Source of the DNA: Trueperaceae bacterium
GTDB lineage: Bacteria; Deinococcota; Deinococci; Deinococcales; Trueperaceae
Assembly: GCA_965213705.1 (NCBI GenBank)
Contig: OZ243913.1
Span: 4,032,001 to 4,096,000 of the forward strand
Reading direction: 5' to 3'
DNA length: 64,000 bases
Within the stretch, counting starts at the first letter, position 1. Each line of letters opens with the position of its first letter. Shown here piece after piece: positions 32,418 through 43,576 of this stretch. The position numbers and the translations under genes are program-made. Under the pieces are notes generated by a model that searched no databases, was not told where the DNA came from, and was given only the letters and a program-made list of their open reading frames with translations.

Positions 32418-32430
32418 AAAAGGAGAACCG

Positions 32431-32631
32431 ATGAAACAGCTCAACATCGCCGGTATGACCTGCGGTCACTGTCAAAGCGCCGTCAAGAACGCCCTCGAGT
32501 CCGTCGCAGGCGTCCGAAAAGCCGAAGTCGACTTGGCGAGCGGCGTCGCCCGCGTCGAAGGTGACGCCGACGTGAACAAGCTCGTTGCCGCCGTCGAAGA
32601 AGAGGGCTACGGCGCGGCCCCCGCCGCCTAG
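32431..32631 (+). CDS. copZ: Copper chaperone
   Basis: GMTCGHC HMA domain, 66 aa. Confidence 0.92.
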   Translation: MKQLNIAGMTCGHCQSAVKNALESVAGVRKAEVDLASGVARVEGDADVNKLVAAVEEEGYGAAPAA

Positions 32632-32633
32632 CC

Positions 32634-32972
32634 GTGCCCGAAGCGGCAGAGAACTCAACCGAAGCGGCGCGAGCCCGCATCCTGACCCACACGGACTGTT
32701 TACGCCTGGACCCCGCGACGCGCCAGGACACCTCGCGCCGTTTGAAGAGCGCCAAGGGCCATCTCGAGGGCGTGTTGCGGATGCTGGAGGACCCCGACGT
32801 TTACTGCGTCGACATCCTCAAGCAAATCAAGGCAGTGCAGGGCGCGCTGTCCAAAATCAACGAAGGCGTGCTGCGCAGCCACATCCGCGACCACGTGACG
32901 ACGGCGGCGCAGCGCGGCGACACCGAGCACGTCGTTGACGAACTCATGGAGGCCCTGAAGTACCGGGCCTGA
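32634..32972 (+). CDS. csoR: Copper-sensing repressor, CsoR family
   Basis: RRLKSAKGHLEGV.RML...YCVDILKQI...H..DHV. Confidence 0.88.
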   Translation: MPEAAENSTEAARARILTHTDCLRLDPATRQDTSRRLKSAKGHLEGVLRMLEDPDVYCVDILKQIKAVQGALSKINEGVLRSHIRDHVTTAAQRGDTEHVVDELMEALKYRA

Positions 32973-33090
32973 CGCGGCCCGGTGTCGGGGTTGACCTCCG
33001 GTTGAAACCGACCTGAGCAACCGACCCGAACGGCGGGCTCGAGGACGCGGCGAAGCGAACGTTGGGTCTCACAAGCAAAGAAGGTGAGTA

Positions 33091-35613
33091 GTGTTGGAAG
33101 CGCAACTGAAAACCGTCCAACTCGGCGTGCAGGGCATGACCTGCGCGAGCTGTGTGGCGCGGGTCGAGCGGGGGCTGGGCAAGCTCGACGGCGTTGTCGA
33201 GGCGAGCGTCAACTTAGCGACCGAAAAGGCCCGCGTCGTGTTCGACCCCGCCCGAACCGACACCACCGCGCTTCTCGGCGCGGTCGAAAAAGTGGGCTAC
33301 CAGCCCCTGACCGCCGAAACGAGCTTCGGCGTGACTGGCATGACCTGTGCCAACTGCTCGTCGCGCGTCGAGCGTAAACTGGGTAAAACCGAAGGCGTCT
33401 TGGACGCCACGGTCAACTTGGCGACCGAGCGCGCCACGGTGCGCTACCTGCCCGACGTGGTGAGCCTGCAGGCACTCCACAAGGTCGTTGCAGACACGGG
33501 TTACGGCGTGCTCAAGGACGAGGTCGGCAAAGACCGCGGCGACGCCGAGCGCGAAGCGCGCGAATCTGAACGCGCCACCCTGAAACGCGACCTCACCGTG
33601 GCGGTCGTTTTTGCCGCGCCGCTGATTTTGCTCGTGATGCTGCCGATGTTTTTCCCGGTGCTGGAAGCGCAACTGATGCGCCTCATCCCGATGCAAACTC
33701 TCTTTTACCTCTCGTTCGTTCTCGCCAGCGTGGTGCAGTTCGGTCCGGGCCTGCGCTTTTACCGGCCCGGCTGGAAAAGTCTGCGCCACGGCAGCCCCGA
33801 CATGAACAGCCTGGTGATGATAGGCACTTCGGCGGCCTACGGTTACTCGCTGGTGGCGACCTTCGTGCCGCAACTCCTGCCCGCGGGCACCGTCCACGTG
33901 TACTTCGAAGCGTCGGCGGCCATCATCACGCTGATTTTGGTCGGCAAGTACTTCGAGGCCGTCGCCAAGGGCCGCACGAGTGAGGCCATCAAAAAGCTCG
34001 TCAAGCTGCAACCCAAAACGGCTCGAGTGGTGCGCGACGGGCAAGAACTCGAGCTGCCCACGGGTGAGGTCGTCCCCGGCGACACCGTTTCGGTGCGGCC
34101 CGGCGAAAAGATTCCGGTGGACGGCCGCGTCGTCTCGGGCTCGTCCTACGTCGACGCCTCGATGATTACCGGCGAGAGCGTGCCCGTCCAAAAAAGTGAG
34201 GGCGACGAGGTCGTCGGCGGCACCATCAACAAGACCGGCGCGTTCCGCTTTACCGCGACCAAGGTCGGCGCGGACACGGTGCTGGCCCAAATCGTCAAAA
34301 TGGTCGAAGAGGCGCAGGGCTCCAAACCGCGCATTCAAGCCCTGGCCGACAAGGTCGTGAGCGTGTTCGTGCCCGTGGTGATGGGCGTCGCGACAGTTAC
34401 CTTTTTGCTGTGGCTGTTCTTAGGCCCCGACCCCGCGCTGACCTTTGCGCTGGTCAACACCGTGGCGGTGCTGATTATCGCCTGTCCCTGCGCGATGGGC
34501 TTAGCCACGCCGACGAGCATCATGGTCGGGACCGGCAAGGCCGCCGAGCTGGGTGTGCTGTTCAAAAAGGGCGACGCGCTCCAGACCCTGCAAGAGGCGC
34601 GAACTGTCGCCCTCGACAAAACCGGTACTTTAACCAAGGGCAAGCCCGAACTTACCGACTTCGTCGTCGCGAACGGGCTCGAGCGCGCCGAGGTGCTGCG
34701 CCTGGTGGCCTCGGTCGAACGCGACTCCGAGCACCCCATCGCCGAAGCCATCGTGCAAGCGGCCAAGAACGAAGGTCACACCTTGAGCGAGGCGCACGAT
34801 TTCAGCGCCACCCCCGGTTACGGCGTCGAGGCCGTGTCGGAGGGTCAAACCGTGCAGGTCGGGGCCGACCGTTACATGAGCAAGCTCGGTCTGGACGTGT
34901 CGCCCTTCGCGGACGCCGCAGCCCGCTTGGCGGACGAGGGGAAAAGCCCGCTTTATGCGGCAGTTAACGGCAAGTTGGCGGCGGTCATCGCGGTGGCCGA
35001 CCCCATTAAAGCCTCATCCCCGGCGGCAATCGCCAAGCTCCACGACCTGGGCTTTCGGGTCGCCATGATTACCGGCGACAACCGCCGCACCGCCCGGGCC
35101 ATCGCCGCCCAACTCGGCATCGACGAGGTGCTGGCCGAGGTCTTGCCCGACGGCAAGGTGGACGCGGTCAAAAAGTTGCAGGGTGAGGGGCGCAAGGTCG
35201 CCTTCGTCGGCGACGGCGTCAACGACGCGCCCGCGCTGGCGCAGGCCGACATCGGCCTCGCCATCGGCACCGGCACCGACATCGCCATCGAGTCGGCAGA
35301 CGTGATTCTCATGTCGGGTGACCTGCGCGGAATTCCCAACGCGGTCGCGCTGTCCAAGGCGACCCTGAACAACATCAAGCAAAACCTGTTTTGGGCGTTC
35401 GTGTACAACGTCGTCCTCATTCCGGTGGCGGCGGGCGCGCTCTACCCGGTGTTCGGCGTCCTACTCTCACCGATTTTGGCGGCGGCGGCGATGGGTTTGT
35501 CGAGCATCTTCGTCCTGACCAACGCGCTGCGGTTGCGCGGTTTCAAGCCGCCCATGCAAGCCGAGGTGCCCGCGCCCCAACCCAAAGCCGCGCTCGCGCC
35601 GGCGCAGACTTGA
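33091..35613 (+). CDS. copA: Copper-translocating P1B-type ATPase
   Basis: Two GMTCxxC domains, [27 protein letters not shown]. Confidence 0.96.
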   Translation: MLEAQLKTVQLGVQGMTCASCVARVERGLGKLDGVVEASVNLATEKARVVFDPARTDTTALLGAVEKVGYQPLTAETSFGVTGMTCANCSSRVERKLGKTEGVLDATVNLATERATVRYLPDVVSLQALHKVVADTGYGVLKDEVGKDRGDAEREARESERATLKRDLTVAVVFAAPLILLVMLPMFFPVLEAQLMRLIPMQTLFYLSFVLASVVQFGPGLRFYRPGWKSLRHGSPDMNSLVMIGTSAAYGYSLVATFVPQLLPAGTVHVYFEASAAIITLILVGKYFEAVAKGRTSEAIKKLVKLQPKTARVVRDGQELELPTGEVVPGDTVSVRPGEKIPVDGRVVSGSSYVDASMITGESVPVQKSEGDEVVGGTINKTGAFRFTATKVGADTVLAQIVKMVEEAQGSKPRIQALADKVVSVFVPVVMGVATVTFLLWLFLGPDPALTFALVNTVAVLIIACPCAMGLATPTSIMVGTGKAAELGVLFKKGDALQTLQEARTVALDKTGTLTKGKPELTDFVVANGLERAEVLRLVASVERDSEHPIAEAIVQAAKNEGHTLSEAHDFSATPGYGVEAVSEGQTVQVGADRYMSKLGLDVSPFADAAARLADEGKSPLYAAVNGKLAAVIAVADPIKASSPAAIAKLHDLGFRVAMITGDNRRTARAIAAQLGIDEVLAEVLPDGKVDAVKKLQGEGRKVAFVGDGVNDAPALAQADIGLAIGTGTDIAIESADVILMSGDLRGIPNAVALSKATLNNIKQNLFWAFVYNVVLIPVAAGALYPVFGVLLSPILAAAAMGLSSIFVLTNALRLRGFKPPMQAEVPAPQPKAALAPAQT

Positions 35614-35652
35614 AGGGGCTCACGTGAGCCCCTTCCTTTTTCGGAGTGAACC

Positions 35653-35940
35653 ATGCTCAACCCTTTCAGACGTAGGCCCAAGGTAACGCTCTACACCATC
35701 CCCGGCTGCGCCGACTGCGCGGCGGTCAAGCGCTATTTAGAGAACAAAGGCGTCGCGTTCACGGAAAAAGACGTCAGCCAAAATGCCGCCTGGGTTGACG
35801 AGATGAAGCGCGTCTCGGGCGTGCGCGTCGCGCCGGTCACCGTCGTCGGGGACGCGTCGTTTTACGGCACGTTTGACAAGCAGAAAGAGGGCCTCGAGCA
35901 AGCCCTCACGCCGCACACAGAAAAAAGTCGGCAACCGTGA
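35653..35940 (+). CDS. Glutaredoxin/NrdH-like protein
   Basis: LYTIPGCADC, RVAPV. Confidence 0.82.
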   Translation: MLNPFRRRPKVTLYTIPGCADCAAVKRYLENKGVAFTEKDVSQNAAWVDEMKRVSGVRVAPVTVVGDASFYGTFDKQKEGLEQALTPHTEKSRQP

Positions 35941-36215
35941 CCTTGTCAACCTCGCTTCTGAGCTTACGTTCTCTCACTGTTTTCGGCGCGACCTTTTTGT
36001 GTCGAGCAGGGTGGGTATACGTTTTTGAACCATCAAAAAACTTATGAGGTTCGCTCGTCCGTTCGCGCCGCTCGGGCTTGGACTGGTCTTGGCGCTGGCT
36101 ACTATCCTCTTTGCAACTGTAAAGCCTGACAACCCCGTCGGCACCGTCCAACCCTTTTATCCCTACACCCACCGTCAGCTTTGTGAGGTTACCTTCTCGT
36201 GGCGTCCCTCCCGCC

Positions 36216-38405
36216 TCAGCGCAAGAACGCCTCCTGCAGCCCCCCGTCCACACTCAAAATCTGCCCCGTCGTCTTGCCGAGCTTGTTGCTGGCGAGGAGG
36301 TAGGCGGCCTCGGCTTGGTCGGCCAGCGTGATAGGCGTTTTGGTCAGCGTGCGTTGCGCGTAAAATTCGGCGAGCTTGTCGCGCAACGTTTCGGTGTCCT
36401 CGCTGTCAGAAAAGTCGATGCCGTACTTGCTGAGCGAACTGACGACGCGGTCGCGCGAAAACATGCCGCTGCCCTCGACCACCGTCGCCGGGGCGAGGCC
36501 GTTGACGCGGACCAAGGGGGCAAGCGTAACGGCCAACTCCCGGACGAGGTGGTTCGCCGCCGCCTTGCTCGTGTCGTAAGCGAGCGAGCCCTTCTTGGAC
36601 ACCGCACCGTTCACGCTCGTCGTCAGCACGAGGCTGCCCTTGAGAGCCTGCGCCGCCCAAACCCGCCACGCTTCGTCCGCCACGAGGTAGCCGCCGGTCA
36701 CGTTGATGTCGAAGGTCAAGCCCCATTTGTCGTCGGGGATATGCCCGTCCGCGTCGGGCGACACGAAAATTCCGGCGGTGACGACAACGCTGTCTATTCC
36801 GCCGTAAGCGAGCACGGTTTGGGCAAACAGTTCACGCACGCTGTCGCGCTTGGTGATGTCGACCTCGAGCCCCACGGCCGGGCCGCAGTTTGAAATACCC
36901 GTTCCGGCCACGCCGATGCCGACGCCGTAAAGGGCGGTCAACGCCTCAGCCGTCTCCTTAGCCGCTGCGAGGTTTAGGTCGGCGCAAACGACGTGCGCCC
37001 CTTCCGCCGCCAGCCGCAGCGCCGTCGCCTTGCCGATGCCGCTGCCCGCGCCGACGACCACGACCACACTGCGGGCGAACTCTTTTTCCGGCGGCATCCG
37101 TTTCAGCTTGGCTTCTTCGAGCTGCCAATACTCGATGTCGAACGCTTCCTGCTGCGGCAGCGCGATGTACTCGCCGACGGCTTCCGCGCCGCGCATCACT
37201 TCTACGGCGGCGTTGTAGAACTCGGCGGTCACGCGCGACTCGCTCTTGGTTTTGCCCCAGGCAATCATGCCGACGCCGGGGATGAGGATGACGGTCGGGT
37301 TGGGGTCGCGCATGGGCGGGGAGTCGGGTTGTTTGCAGGCGTCGTAGTAGGCTCGGTAGTCCGCGCGGTACTGCTCGAGGCCGTGCTCGAGCCTACCCAA
37401 CAACGCCTCGACATCCTCTTCTTGCGGGTTCCAGTCGACAAAGAGAGGTTTGATTTTGGTCCGCAAAAAGTGGTCGGGGCAGGACGTGCCGAGTTCACTC
37501 AGGCGCGCCGCGTCCATACTGTTGACAAACCTCAAAATCCTCTCGTCACCCTGTACCGTGCCGACGAAGCGTTGGTGCTGCGAGACCATGCCGCGCAGTT
37601 TGGGCAAAACCTCGACAAACACCCTTTCCCTCTCGCCACTGCTGAGGCTTTCGTACTTTTGCCCGCCGAAGGTCGCCTCTCCCCTGTCCTGAGCCTCGAT
37701 AAACCGCGCCGCCTTTTCGATGAGTTCCAAACTCAGGTCGTAGCAAGCTTTGTCGTCGTCGGCCCAGTTGATAAGTCCGTGTTGGCCCATGACGAGACCC
37801 TTGAGAGCGGGGGCTTTCTCGACGATTTCCTCCATCACCAAGCCCAAGTCGAAACCGGGGCGCTGCCAGGCTACCCAACCGACCTTGTCGCCGTAGATGT
37901 CTTTGGTCAGCGCCGCGCCGTTTTTGCTCGCGGCCACGGCGATGACCGCGTTCGGGTGGGTGTGGTCGACGTGTTTGAAAGGGATGAACGCGTGCAGCGG
38001 CGTGTCGATGGAGCTGGCCCTCGGGTTCAGGTTGTAAACCGTGTGCGGGTACATCGCGACCATGTCGTCTTCGACCTGCGTCTTCACGCCTTTTTCTTCA
38101 GCGCCGTTGTAAACCTCTTTTAGAGCGTTCACCTTGTCCATGTACAGCGAGGCGAAGTTCTCGCGTCCGGCGGTGCGCAGGTCGCCGCCCGAGCCCTTGA
38201 CGAACATCACTTGCGTCTCTGCGCCCGTGAGCGGGTCCGCCACCGTGAGTTTGCTGCTGGTGTTGCCGCCGCCCGTGTTGGTGACGCGCTGGTCCGCACC
38301 CAGCAGGTTCGAGCGGTAGACGAGCCGTTCGACCGGGTCCAAGCTGTCAGCTTGGGCATCGTCCCACAGGTAAGTGACGTGTTTGAAGGTGTCGGGTTCA
38401 TTCAT
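36216..38405 (-). CDS. Bifunctional rhamnulose-1-phosphate aldolase / short-chain dehydrogenase
   Basis: GGGNTSSK, SIDTPLH, DHTHP, CPDHFLRTK, then GAGSGIG and YDTSK; downstream of rhaA. Confidence 0.92.
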   Translation of the reverse strand: MNEPDTFKHVTYLWDDAQADSLDPVERLVYRSNLLGADQRVTNTGGGNTSSKLTVADPLTGAETQVMFVKGSGGDLRTAGRENFASLYMDKVNALKEVYNGAEEKGVKTQVEDDMVAMYPHTVYNLNPRASSIDTPLHAFIPFKHVDHTHPNAVIAVAASKNGAALTKDIYGDKVGWVAWQRPGFDLGLVMEEIVEKAPALKGLVMGQHGLINWADDDKACYDLSLELIEKAARFIEAQDRGEATFGGQKYESLSSGERERVFVEVLPKLRGMVSQHQRFVGTVQGDERILRFVNSMDAARLSELGTSCPDHFLRTKIKPLFVDWNPQEEDVEALLGRLEHGLEQYRADYRAYYDACKQPDSPPMRDPNPTVILIPGVGMIAWGKTKSESRVTAEFYNAAVEVMRGAEAVGEYIALPQQEAFDIEYWQLEEAKLKRMPPEKEFARSVVVVVGAGSGIGKATALRLAAEGAHVVCADLNLAAAKETAEALTALYGVGIGVAGTGISNCGPAVGLEVDITKRDSVRELFAQTVLAYGGIDSVVVTAGIFVSPDADGHIPDDKWGLTFDINVTGGYLVADEAWRVWAAQALKGSLVLTTSVNGAVSKKGSLAYDTSKAAANHLVRELAVTLAPLVRVNGLAPATVVEGSGMFSRDRVVSSLSKYGIDFSDSEDTETLRDKLAEFYAQRTLTKTPITLADQAEAAYLLASNKLGKTTGQILSVDGGLQEAFLR

Positions 38406-38458
38406 AAATAAACTCCCTGTCGTGCTGCAAGAAGGCTCGCGTCCCCGCAAAGTCCTCT

Positions 38459-39706
38459 TCAGCGCTTTGCCAAAACTTGGGTTTCGTAGCCTTTGATTTC
38501 GTCCATAAACGCCATCCCCACGGGTGTGTTGTGAGTGTGACAGTAGTAATCCCAGACCGCCCCGAAAGGCATGGTTTTAAGCTCCTCAAAGAGCGCGAGG
38601 CGTGAGGTGTAGTCGCCCGAGGTTTCGAAGTCGCGGAGTTTTTCGGCAGGCTCGAGCAGCGCTTTCAGCAACGCTTTCAGCGTGTTGCGCGTGCCGACGG
38701 TCCAGGCCGCGACGCGGTTGATGCTGGCGTCGAAAAAGTCCAGGCCGACGTGGACGCGGTTCAAAAAGTCACCCCGCACCACCTCTTGCATGAGAGCTTG
38801 CAAGTCGTCGTTCAGGGTCACCACGTGGTCGCTGTCCCAGCGCACCCCGCGGCTCACGTGTAAGAGGATTTCGTCTAAGTACAGCAGCACGGAAGAGAGT
38901 TTGTCGCTGACGGTCTCGGTCGGGTGAAAGTGGCCGGCGTCCAAGCAGAGCAGTTTTTGACGGGTCACGGCGTAACCCAAGTAAAACTCGTGCGAGCCGA
39001 CCACGTAACTTTCCGAACCCAGTCCGAACAGTTTGGACTCGACGGCGTCCAGGTTGTGCGCAAGGTGTTCGCTGAAAACTTGGTCGAGCGAGTCTTGCAG
39101 GCGCTCTCGGGGGCTTTTGCGGTCGAAGGGCGTGTCTTTGTAGCCGTCGGGAATCCACAGGTTGGTGACGCAAGGGGTACCGAGTTCGCGGCCGAAGTAG
39201 TCGCCTACCTTGCGGCTGGCGACGCAGTGGTCTATCCAGAACTGCCGGACGGCCTCGTCACTGTGGGACAAGGTAAAGCCGTCGTCGGCCAAAGGGTGCG
39301 AAAAAAGCGTGGGGTTGAAGTCCAGGCCGTGACCCTTGGCTTTGGCCCACTCGAGCCACCCCGCAAAGTGTCGGGGCTCAATCTCGTCGCGCGCTACGGG
39401 CCGGTCGGCCTCCAGATAAATCGCGTGCAGGTTGAGGCGGTGCGTGCCGGGTATCAAGCTGTAGGCGAGGTCCAAGTCTTGGCGCAGTTCGGCGGCGGTG
39501 CGCGCCTTACCAGGATAGTTGCCCGTCGCCATGATGCCGCCGCTGAGACCGCGGCCCGGCGCTTCAAAGCCGCCCACGTCGTCGCCTTGCCAGCAGTGCA
39601 GGCTGACGGGGACGGCTGCCAGGGTTGCCAACGCCGCCCCGACATCGACACCGAGGGCGCTGTAACTATCTCGAGCTGCAGCGTAAGCCTGTCGTTCGTG
39701 ACTCAT
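38459..39706 (-). CDS. rhaA: L-rhamnose isomerase
   Basis: [46 protein letters not shown]. Confidence 0.96.
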   Translation of the reverse strand: MSHERQAYAAARDSYSALGVDVGAALATLAAVPVSLHCWQGDDVGGFEAPGRGLSGGIMATGNYPGKARTAAELRQDLDLAYSLIPGTHRLNLHAIYLEADRPVARDEIEPRHFAGWLEWAKAKGHGLDFNPTLFSHPLADDGFTLSHSDEAVRQFWIDHCVASRKVGDYFGRELGTPCVTNLWIPDGYKDTPFDRKSPRERLQDSLDQVFSEHLAHNLDAVESKLFGLGSESYVVGSHEFYLGYAVTRQKLLCLDAGHFHPTETVSDKLSSVLLYLDEILLHVSRGVRWDSDHVVTLNDDLQALMQEVVRGDFLNRVHVGLDFFDASINRVAAWTVGTRNTLKALLKALLEPAEKLRDFETSGDYTSRLALFEELKTMPFGAVWDYYCHTHNTPVGMAFMDEIKGYETQVLAKR

Positions 39707-39996
39707 TCGCTCTTTTGGTCCTTTCTGAACTCCGGGTACTGCTCTGGGTACTGCGGTCCCGCTCGGCAGATGAACCAGACAACGGTGGGTTTAGGTTAAC
39801 TTTTCCGTGGCGGCACTTGCCAGGTTTGCCATAAATTTACGGCGACGTTCTCAAAGAGGTGTAGAAAAATGTAGGGTGGGCAGGCTGGTTTATCTTGACC
39901 GTTTCTCTCAAAACAGGAGTTGCCAAAACAGGGCAGAAACGGGGTGGGAAAACCTTGGCAATCGGCCCCGAAGTGCGGATTTTTTCAACCCGGCAC

Positions 39997-40039
39997 AAAA
40001 AAGAACACCGTCCCGGTTTTCAGTGTCTAGGACGGTGTT
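39997..40039 (-). terminator. Intrinsic terminator downstream of the tRNA fragment
   Basis: AACACCGTCC/GGACGGTGTT stem followed by a T-run on the minus strand. Confidence 0.7.
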
Positions 40040-40043
40040 TCGT

Positions 40044-40089
40044 TGGTGGGCCCTGGGGGACTTGAACCCACGACCAATCGATTATGAGT
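40044..40089 (-). pseudogene. 3' half of a CAU-anticodon tRNA (Ile2-like); probable att-site fragment
   Basis: Minus strand reads ACTCATAATCGATTGGTCGTGGGTTCAAGTCCCCCAGGGCCCACCA: anticodon loop, T-arm, acceptor 3' strand and CCA are present, but there is no 5' acceptor or D-arm upstream. Confidence 0.8.
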
Positions 40090-40397
40090 AGAGGCGCAGT
40101 CCTTCTCTAAAGCGGTCGTGGTGTCAGAAAAGTCGTTCTATACAGCTTTTTAATTCTGCTTTGAAGTGGAAAATTTCGTCTATGGTCATTTTTTCTCGTT
40201 CGCTAAGAGGTATTTAGTGGGTATTTTCTATGTCAACACACCAACCTTTTTGCTGTGACCAAAAAAGTTTAGGTCGTTGGAGTAGTCCCCGTTGCTTGAC
40301 GATGGCGTCGCCGCAGAGACAAGCTTCAAGCTGCGGTTTTCGGTAGAGCTAAAGATTTACCCTCTTGCGACGCTCGCTCCATCACCCAAGTTCGCTT

Positions 40398-42173
40398 TCA
40401 CGCCGCCACTGCCTCCCCCACTACAGGCTCCTCCCTGAACTGCCGCTCATAAAGCTCTCGGTAAAGCCCGGCTTGCTCGAGCAGCGCCTCATGCGTGCCC
40501 GTTTGGACGATGCGCCCATCATCCATCACCACGATGCGGTCGGCGTTCTGCACGGTCGAAAGCCGGTGGGCAATGACAACCGTCGTCCTCTCTTGCATGA
40601 GTTTTTCCAAAGCGTCTTGCACTACGGCTTCGGATTCGTTGTCGAGGGCCGAAGTCGCCTCGTCGAGAATCAGCACTCGAGGGTTTTTGAGCAGGGCGCG
40701 AGCAATCGCGATGCGTTGCCGCTGCCCGCCCGACACCTGCATCCCGCGCTCGCCGACGACGGTGTTATAAGCACCAGGAAAAGCGCTGATGAAGTCGTGG
40801 GCGTTGGCCGCCTTGGCCGCTGCAACAACCTCGTCATCCGTTGCCTCGGGCTTGCCGAAGCGGATGTTCTCTCTCACTGAGCCGGAAAAGAGCTGCGTTT
40901 CTTGCGGCACAGCCGCCATGTGGTCGCGCAGGTCTTCCAAGCGTTGGTCTTTGAGGTCGACGCCCTCGAGTCGAATTGTTCCAGCCGTCGGGTCGTAAAA
41001 ACGCGGGATGAGACTCACCAAGGTGGTTTTGCCCGCCCCGCTCGGGCCGACCAGGGCGACGGTTTCGCCAGGCTGCACCTCGAGGGTGATGTTTTTCAGC
41101 ACGTCCGCATCGCGTTGGTCGTAGCGAAAGCTCACGTTCTCGAAACTCAGCTTGCCGCGCACGTCCTTGAGCACCACGGGTTTTGCGGGCTCGGGCAGGT
41201 CGCTCACCTCGTCCAACAGGTCGAAAATCCGCTTCGACGCGCCGAGCGCTTCTTGAAACTGACTGTAGAGCCCGGTGAAAGTGCCGATGGCTCCGGCAAC
41301 CGTGAATGTGTACAGCAGAAAGCTGACCAGGTCGCCGCCCGTCAAACTGCCGCCTAGAACCAAACGCCCGCCGTACCAGAGCACGAGGCTGATGGCGCTG
41401 AACATGGCAAGGGTCACTGAGGGGATGAAAAAGGCACGCAGCCGGGCTCTTCGTAGGGCGACTTGGAACGAGTCTTGCACCAGACCCACATAGCGCGCGA
41501 TTTGCTCGCCCTGCGCGTTGAACCACTGCACCACCCGCACCGCGGCGATGGTCTCCTCGGCGGAGGCGTTGGCGTCGGCGATGCGGTCTTGAAACTCGGT
41601 TGAGACGCGCCGCAAGCGCCCGCCGAAAAAGGTCGCCGCCAGGATGATGACGGGCACGACCGACAACACGATAAGCGACAAGCGCGGGCTCAAACTCACC
41701 AGCAGCGCCACGCCGCCTATCAAAGTAATTGTTTGGCTGACGAGTTGGGCCAGGGCTTGCGAGACGGTGTTCTGCACGACCGTCACGTCGGAGGTGAGCC
41801 GTGAGGTGATTTCGCCCGTCTTGCGGCTGTCGAAAAACTTCACCGGCAGGTTGATCAGGTGGGTGTAGAGCTTGGCCCGCAAGTCCGCCACCACGCCCTC
41901 GCCGATGTAGGCGAGCAGGTAGGTTCTGAAAAAGTCGAACACCGCCTGTACCAAAAACACTCCAAAGAGGATGAGGGCGATGCGGTCGAGCGTGCTCGTG
42001 TTGCCGCCAACCGTGCCGAAGGCAGTATCGACCAGGTCACCGACGACCGCCGGAAACACCAGGCCGAGGCCGCTGGCGATGACGACGGCGACGAGCGCGA
42101 CGACGAGTTGCCAGGTGTAGGGCTTTACAAAGGCGAGCAGTCTGAGAAGCTGATTGCCTTTAGCCGGTTTCAT
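40398..42173 (-). CDS. ABC transporter, fused TMD-NBD (MsbA/ABCB-like)
   Basis: TM domain, GPSGAGKTT, VSGGQRQR, ILDEATSALD. Confidence 0.94.
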   Translation of the reverse strand: MKPAKGNQLLRLLAFVKPYTWQLVVALVAVVIASGLGLVFPAVVGDLVDTAFGTVGGNTSTLDRIALILFGVFLVQAVFDFFRTYLLAYIGEGVVADLRAKLYTHLINLPVKFFDSRKTGEITSRLTSDVTVVQNTVSQALAQLVSQTITLIGGVALLVSLSPRLSLIVLSVVPVIILAATFFGGRLRRVSTEFQDRIADANASAEETIAAVRVVQWFNAQGEQIARYVGLVQDSFQVALRRARLRAFFIPSVTLAMFSAISLVLWYGGRLVLGGSLTGGDLVSFLLYTFTVAGAIGTFTGLYSQFQEALGASKRIFDLLDEVSDLPEPAKPVVLKDVRGKLSFENVSFRYDQRDADVLKNITLEVQPGETVALVGPSGAGKTTLVSLIPRFYDPTAGTIRLEGVDLKDQRLEDLRDHMAAVPQETQLFSGSVRENIRFGKPEATDDEVVAAAKAANAHDFISAFPGAYNTVVGERGMQVSGGQRQRIAIARALLKNPRVLILDEATSALDNESEAVVQDALEKLMQERTTVVIAHRLSTVQNADRIVVMDDGRIVQTGTHEALLEQAGLYRELYERQFREEPVVGEAVAA

Positions 42174-42360
42174 ACGGCACCCTTACCCTTTCCGGTTGAA
42201 CGAAAGACGACAAGGTGAACGCGAAGAAACCTGTGGCTAAAAGCAGCAGGCTCGAGCCCACCCCAGTTACGCCCAGCGTGTTGAGGACGAGCACCGCGAC
42301 GCTCATGGCGAACGCCACGGCGCGCAGGGTGAGGTAGGTGAATACAGGGTTGAAGTTCAT
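42160..42360 (-). CDS. Small 2-TM membrane protein
   Basis: MNFNPVFTYLTLRAVAFAMSVAVLVL...; sits in the operon between the DUF308 and ABC genes. Confidence 0.55.
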   Translation of the reverse strand: MNFNPVFTYLTLRAVAFAMSVAVLVLNTLGVTGVGSSLLLLATGFFAFTLSSFVQPERVRVPYETG

Positions 42361-42367
42361 AACGTCC

Positions 42368-42904
42368 TTAAAGCGTCGCAGGCCGGCTGTAGGCCTTCGG
42401 CGCACGCCGCGCCCGCAACGACGAAAAGAGTGGCACTGCACCCACGAACAGGGCGTACACGCCGACGAACCAAACATAGAAAAACGCGCTTGCACCCATA
42501 ACGAGGAGCGACACCCCCACGCCGATGGACACGCCGTAAAGGAGCAGGGGCAGCGGTGCGTTTCTGACCTCGGGGCGAACGACCTGGGTAAGTGCGCCTA
42601 TCAAACCCCAGGCCGCCAACAGGCTGACCAGCAGGAGAGCGCTCGTACCCGGCTCGACGAAAACGAACAACCCCACGCCCACACTCAGCACGCCTTCCGC
42701 CAGGGTCAACCACCAGCGGGGCCGCTCCCGGTTGGAGAGGGACAAGAGGGTAGCGACCGCTCCCCAGGCGAGGAGCACGCCGCCGAACGCGAGGACGACC
42801 GAACTCAGGGTGGGGGTTTGCCACACGAGCAGCAACACGCCGAACAGGGCGATGAGCGCCCCGCGCAGGGCGGAACTGGGCAGACGAGCGAAAAAGCTTT
42901 TCAC
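42368..42904 (-). CDS. HdeD/DUF308-family membrane protein (divergent copy)
   Basis: LRGALIALFGVLLLVW...WW..LAEGVLSVGVG...; GTG start with GGAGG RBS. Confidence 0.75.
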   Translation of the reverse strand: MKSFFARLPSSALRGALIALFGVLLLVWQTPTLSSVVLAFGGVLLAWGAVATLLSLSNRERPRWWLTLAEGVLSVGVGLFVFVEPGTSALLLVSLLAAWGLIGALTQVVRPEVRNAPLPLLLYGVSIGVGVSLLVMGASAFFYVWFVGVYALFVGAVPLFSSLRARRAPKAYSRPATL

Positions 42905-42960
42905 AACGACCTCCAAAAGAAGCGCCGGGGTGTGCCCGGCACTGGGAAAAGGGTTTGGGT

Positions 42961-43539
42961 TCAGCCTCGAGCGCTGCGCACGTCGCTCTTGAACTCGCCT
43001 ATGGCTTTGTGGGCACTGCGCACCCTGAAACTCAGAACCATCATCACGACCCCGAAGATGAAGGCGTACACGCCCACAAGCCAGAGGAGCGTGACTATGC
43101 CGGTACTCGGCCACACGAACAGCAGAATTCCGAAGAAAACGGACAGCGCGCCGCCCAAGCCCATGAACCACTCGCCGTCGATGTCGCGGCGCAACCTGAC
43201 GGCGGCGACGATTTGCAGAATGCCGGTAGCGACCGCCCACAAAGCGATGAGCCAGAGCACGCTCAACGCGGTGAGGCCGGGCCAGCTCATGACCACTATC
43301 CCGGCGACGATGCCCACCAAACCGCCCAAGAGGGACACCCACCAACCTTCGTATTTGCCAATGTTGAAGAGTGCGCCGACGGTGTTGAAGACGCCGTCTA
43401 CAAGGGCGTAAGCGCCGAAAAAGATGATGGTACTCGCCAGGGTGAGGGTGGGTAACGCAAACACCAGGATGCCGAAGAGAACGGCTATCCCGCCTCTCAG
43501 CAGCAGGGTCCACCAGTTACGTGTGATAGCTTCCAACAT
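42961..43539 (-). CDS. HdeD/DUF308-family membrane protein
   Basis: RNWW.LLLRG..AVLFG, FGAYALVDG, WP..T, WA..TG. Confidence 0.9.
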   Translation of the reverse strand: MLEAITRNWWTLLLRGGIAVLFGILVFALPTLTLASTIIFFGAYALVDGVFNTVGALFNIGKYEGWWVSLLGGLVGIVAGIVVMSWPGLTALSVLWLIALWAVATGILQIVAAVRLRRDIDGEWFMGLGGALSVFFGILLFVWPSTGIVTLLWLVGVYAFIFGVVMMVLSFRVRSAHKAIGEFKSDVRSARG

Positions 43540-43576
43540 GGTTTGCTCCTTTCAAAAGTAACGCTTTGACTCCCGC

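Noticed and set aside
36044..36331. 95-aa ORF with a signal-peptide-like start
   Set aside because: Runs antisense into the aldolase/dehydrogenase gene; no family motif; not supportable
40044..40120. Intact or intron-containing tRNA-Met/Ile
   Set aside because: No 5' acceptor strand or D-arm upstream, and I found no matching 5' half or intron core nearby
42905..43513. N-terminal part of the 381-aa ORF 42368..43513
   Set aside because: Off-frame overlap with hdeD; the real gene starts at GTG 42904
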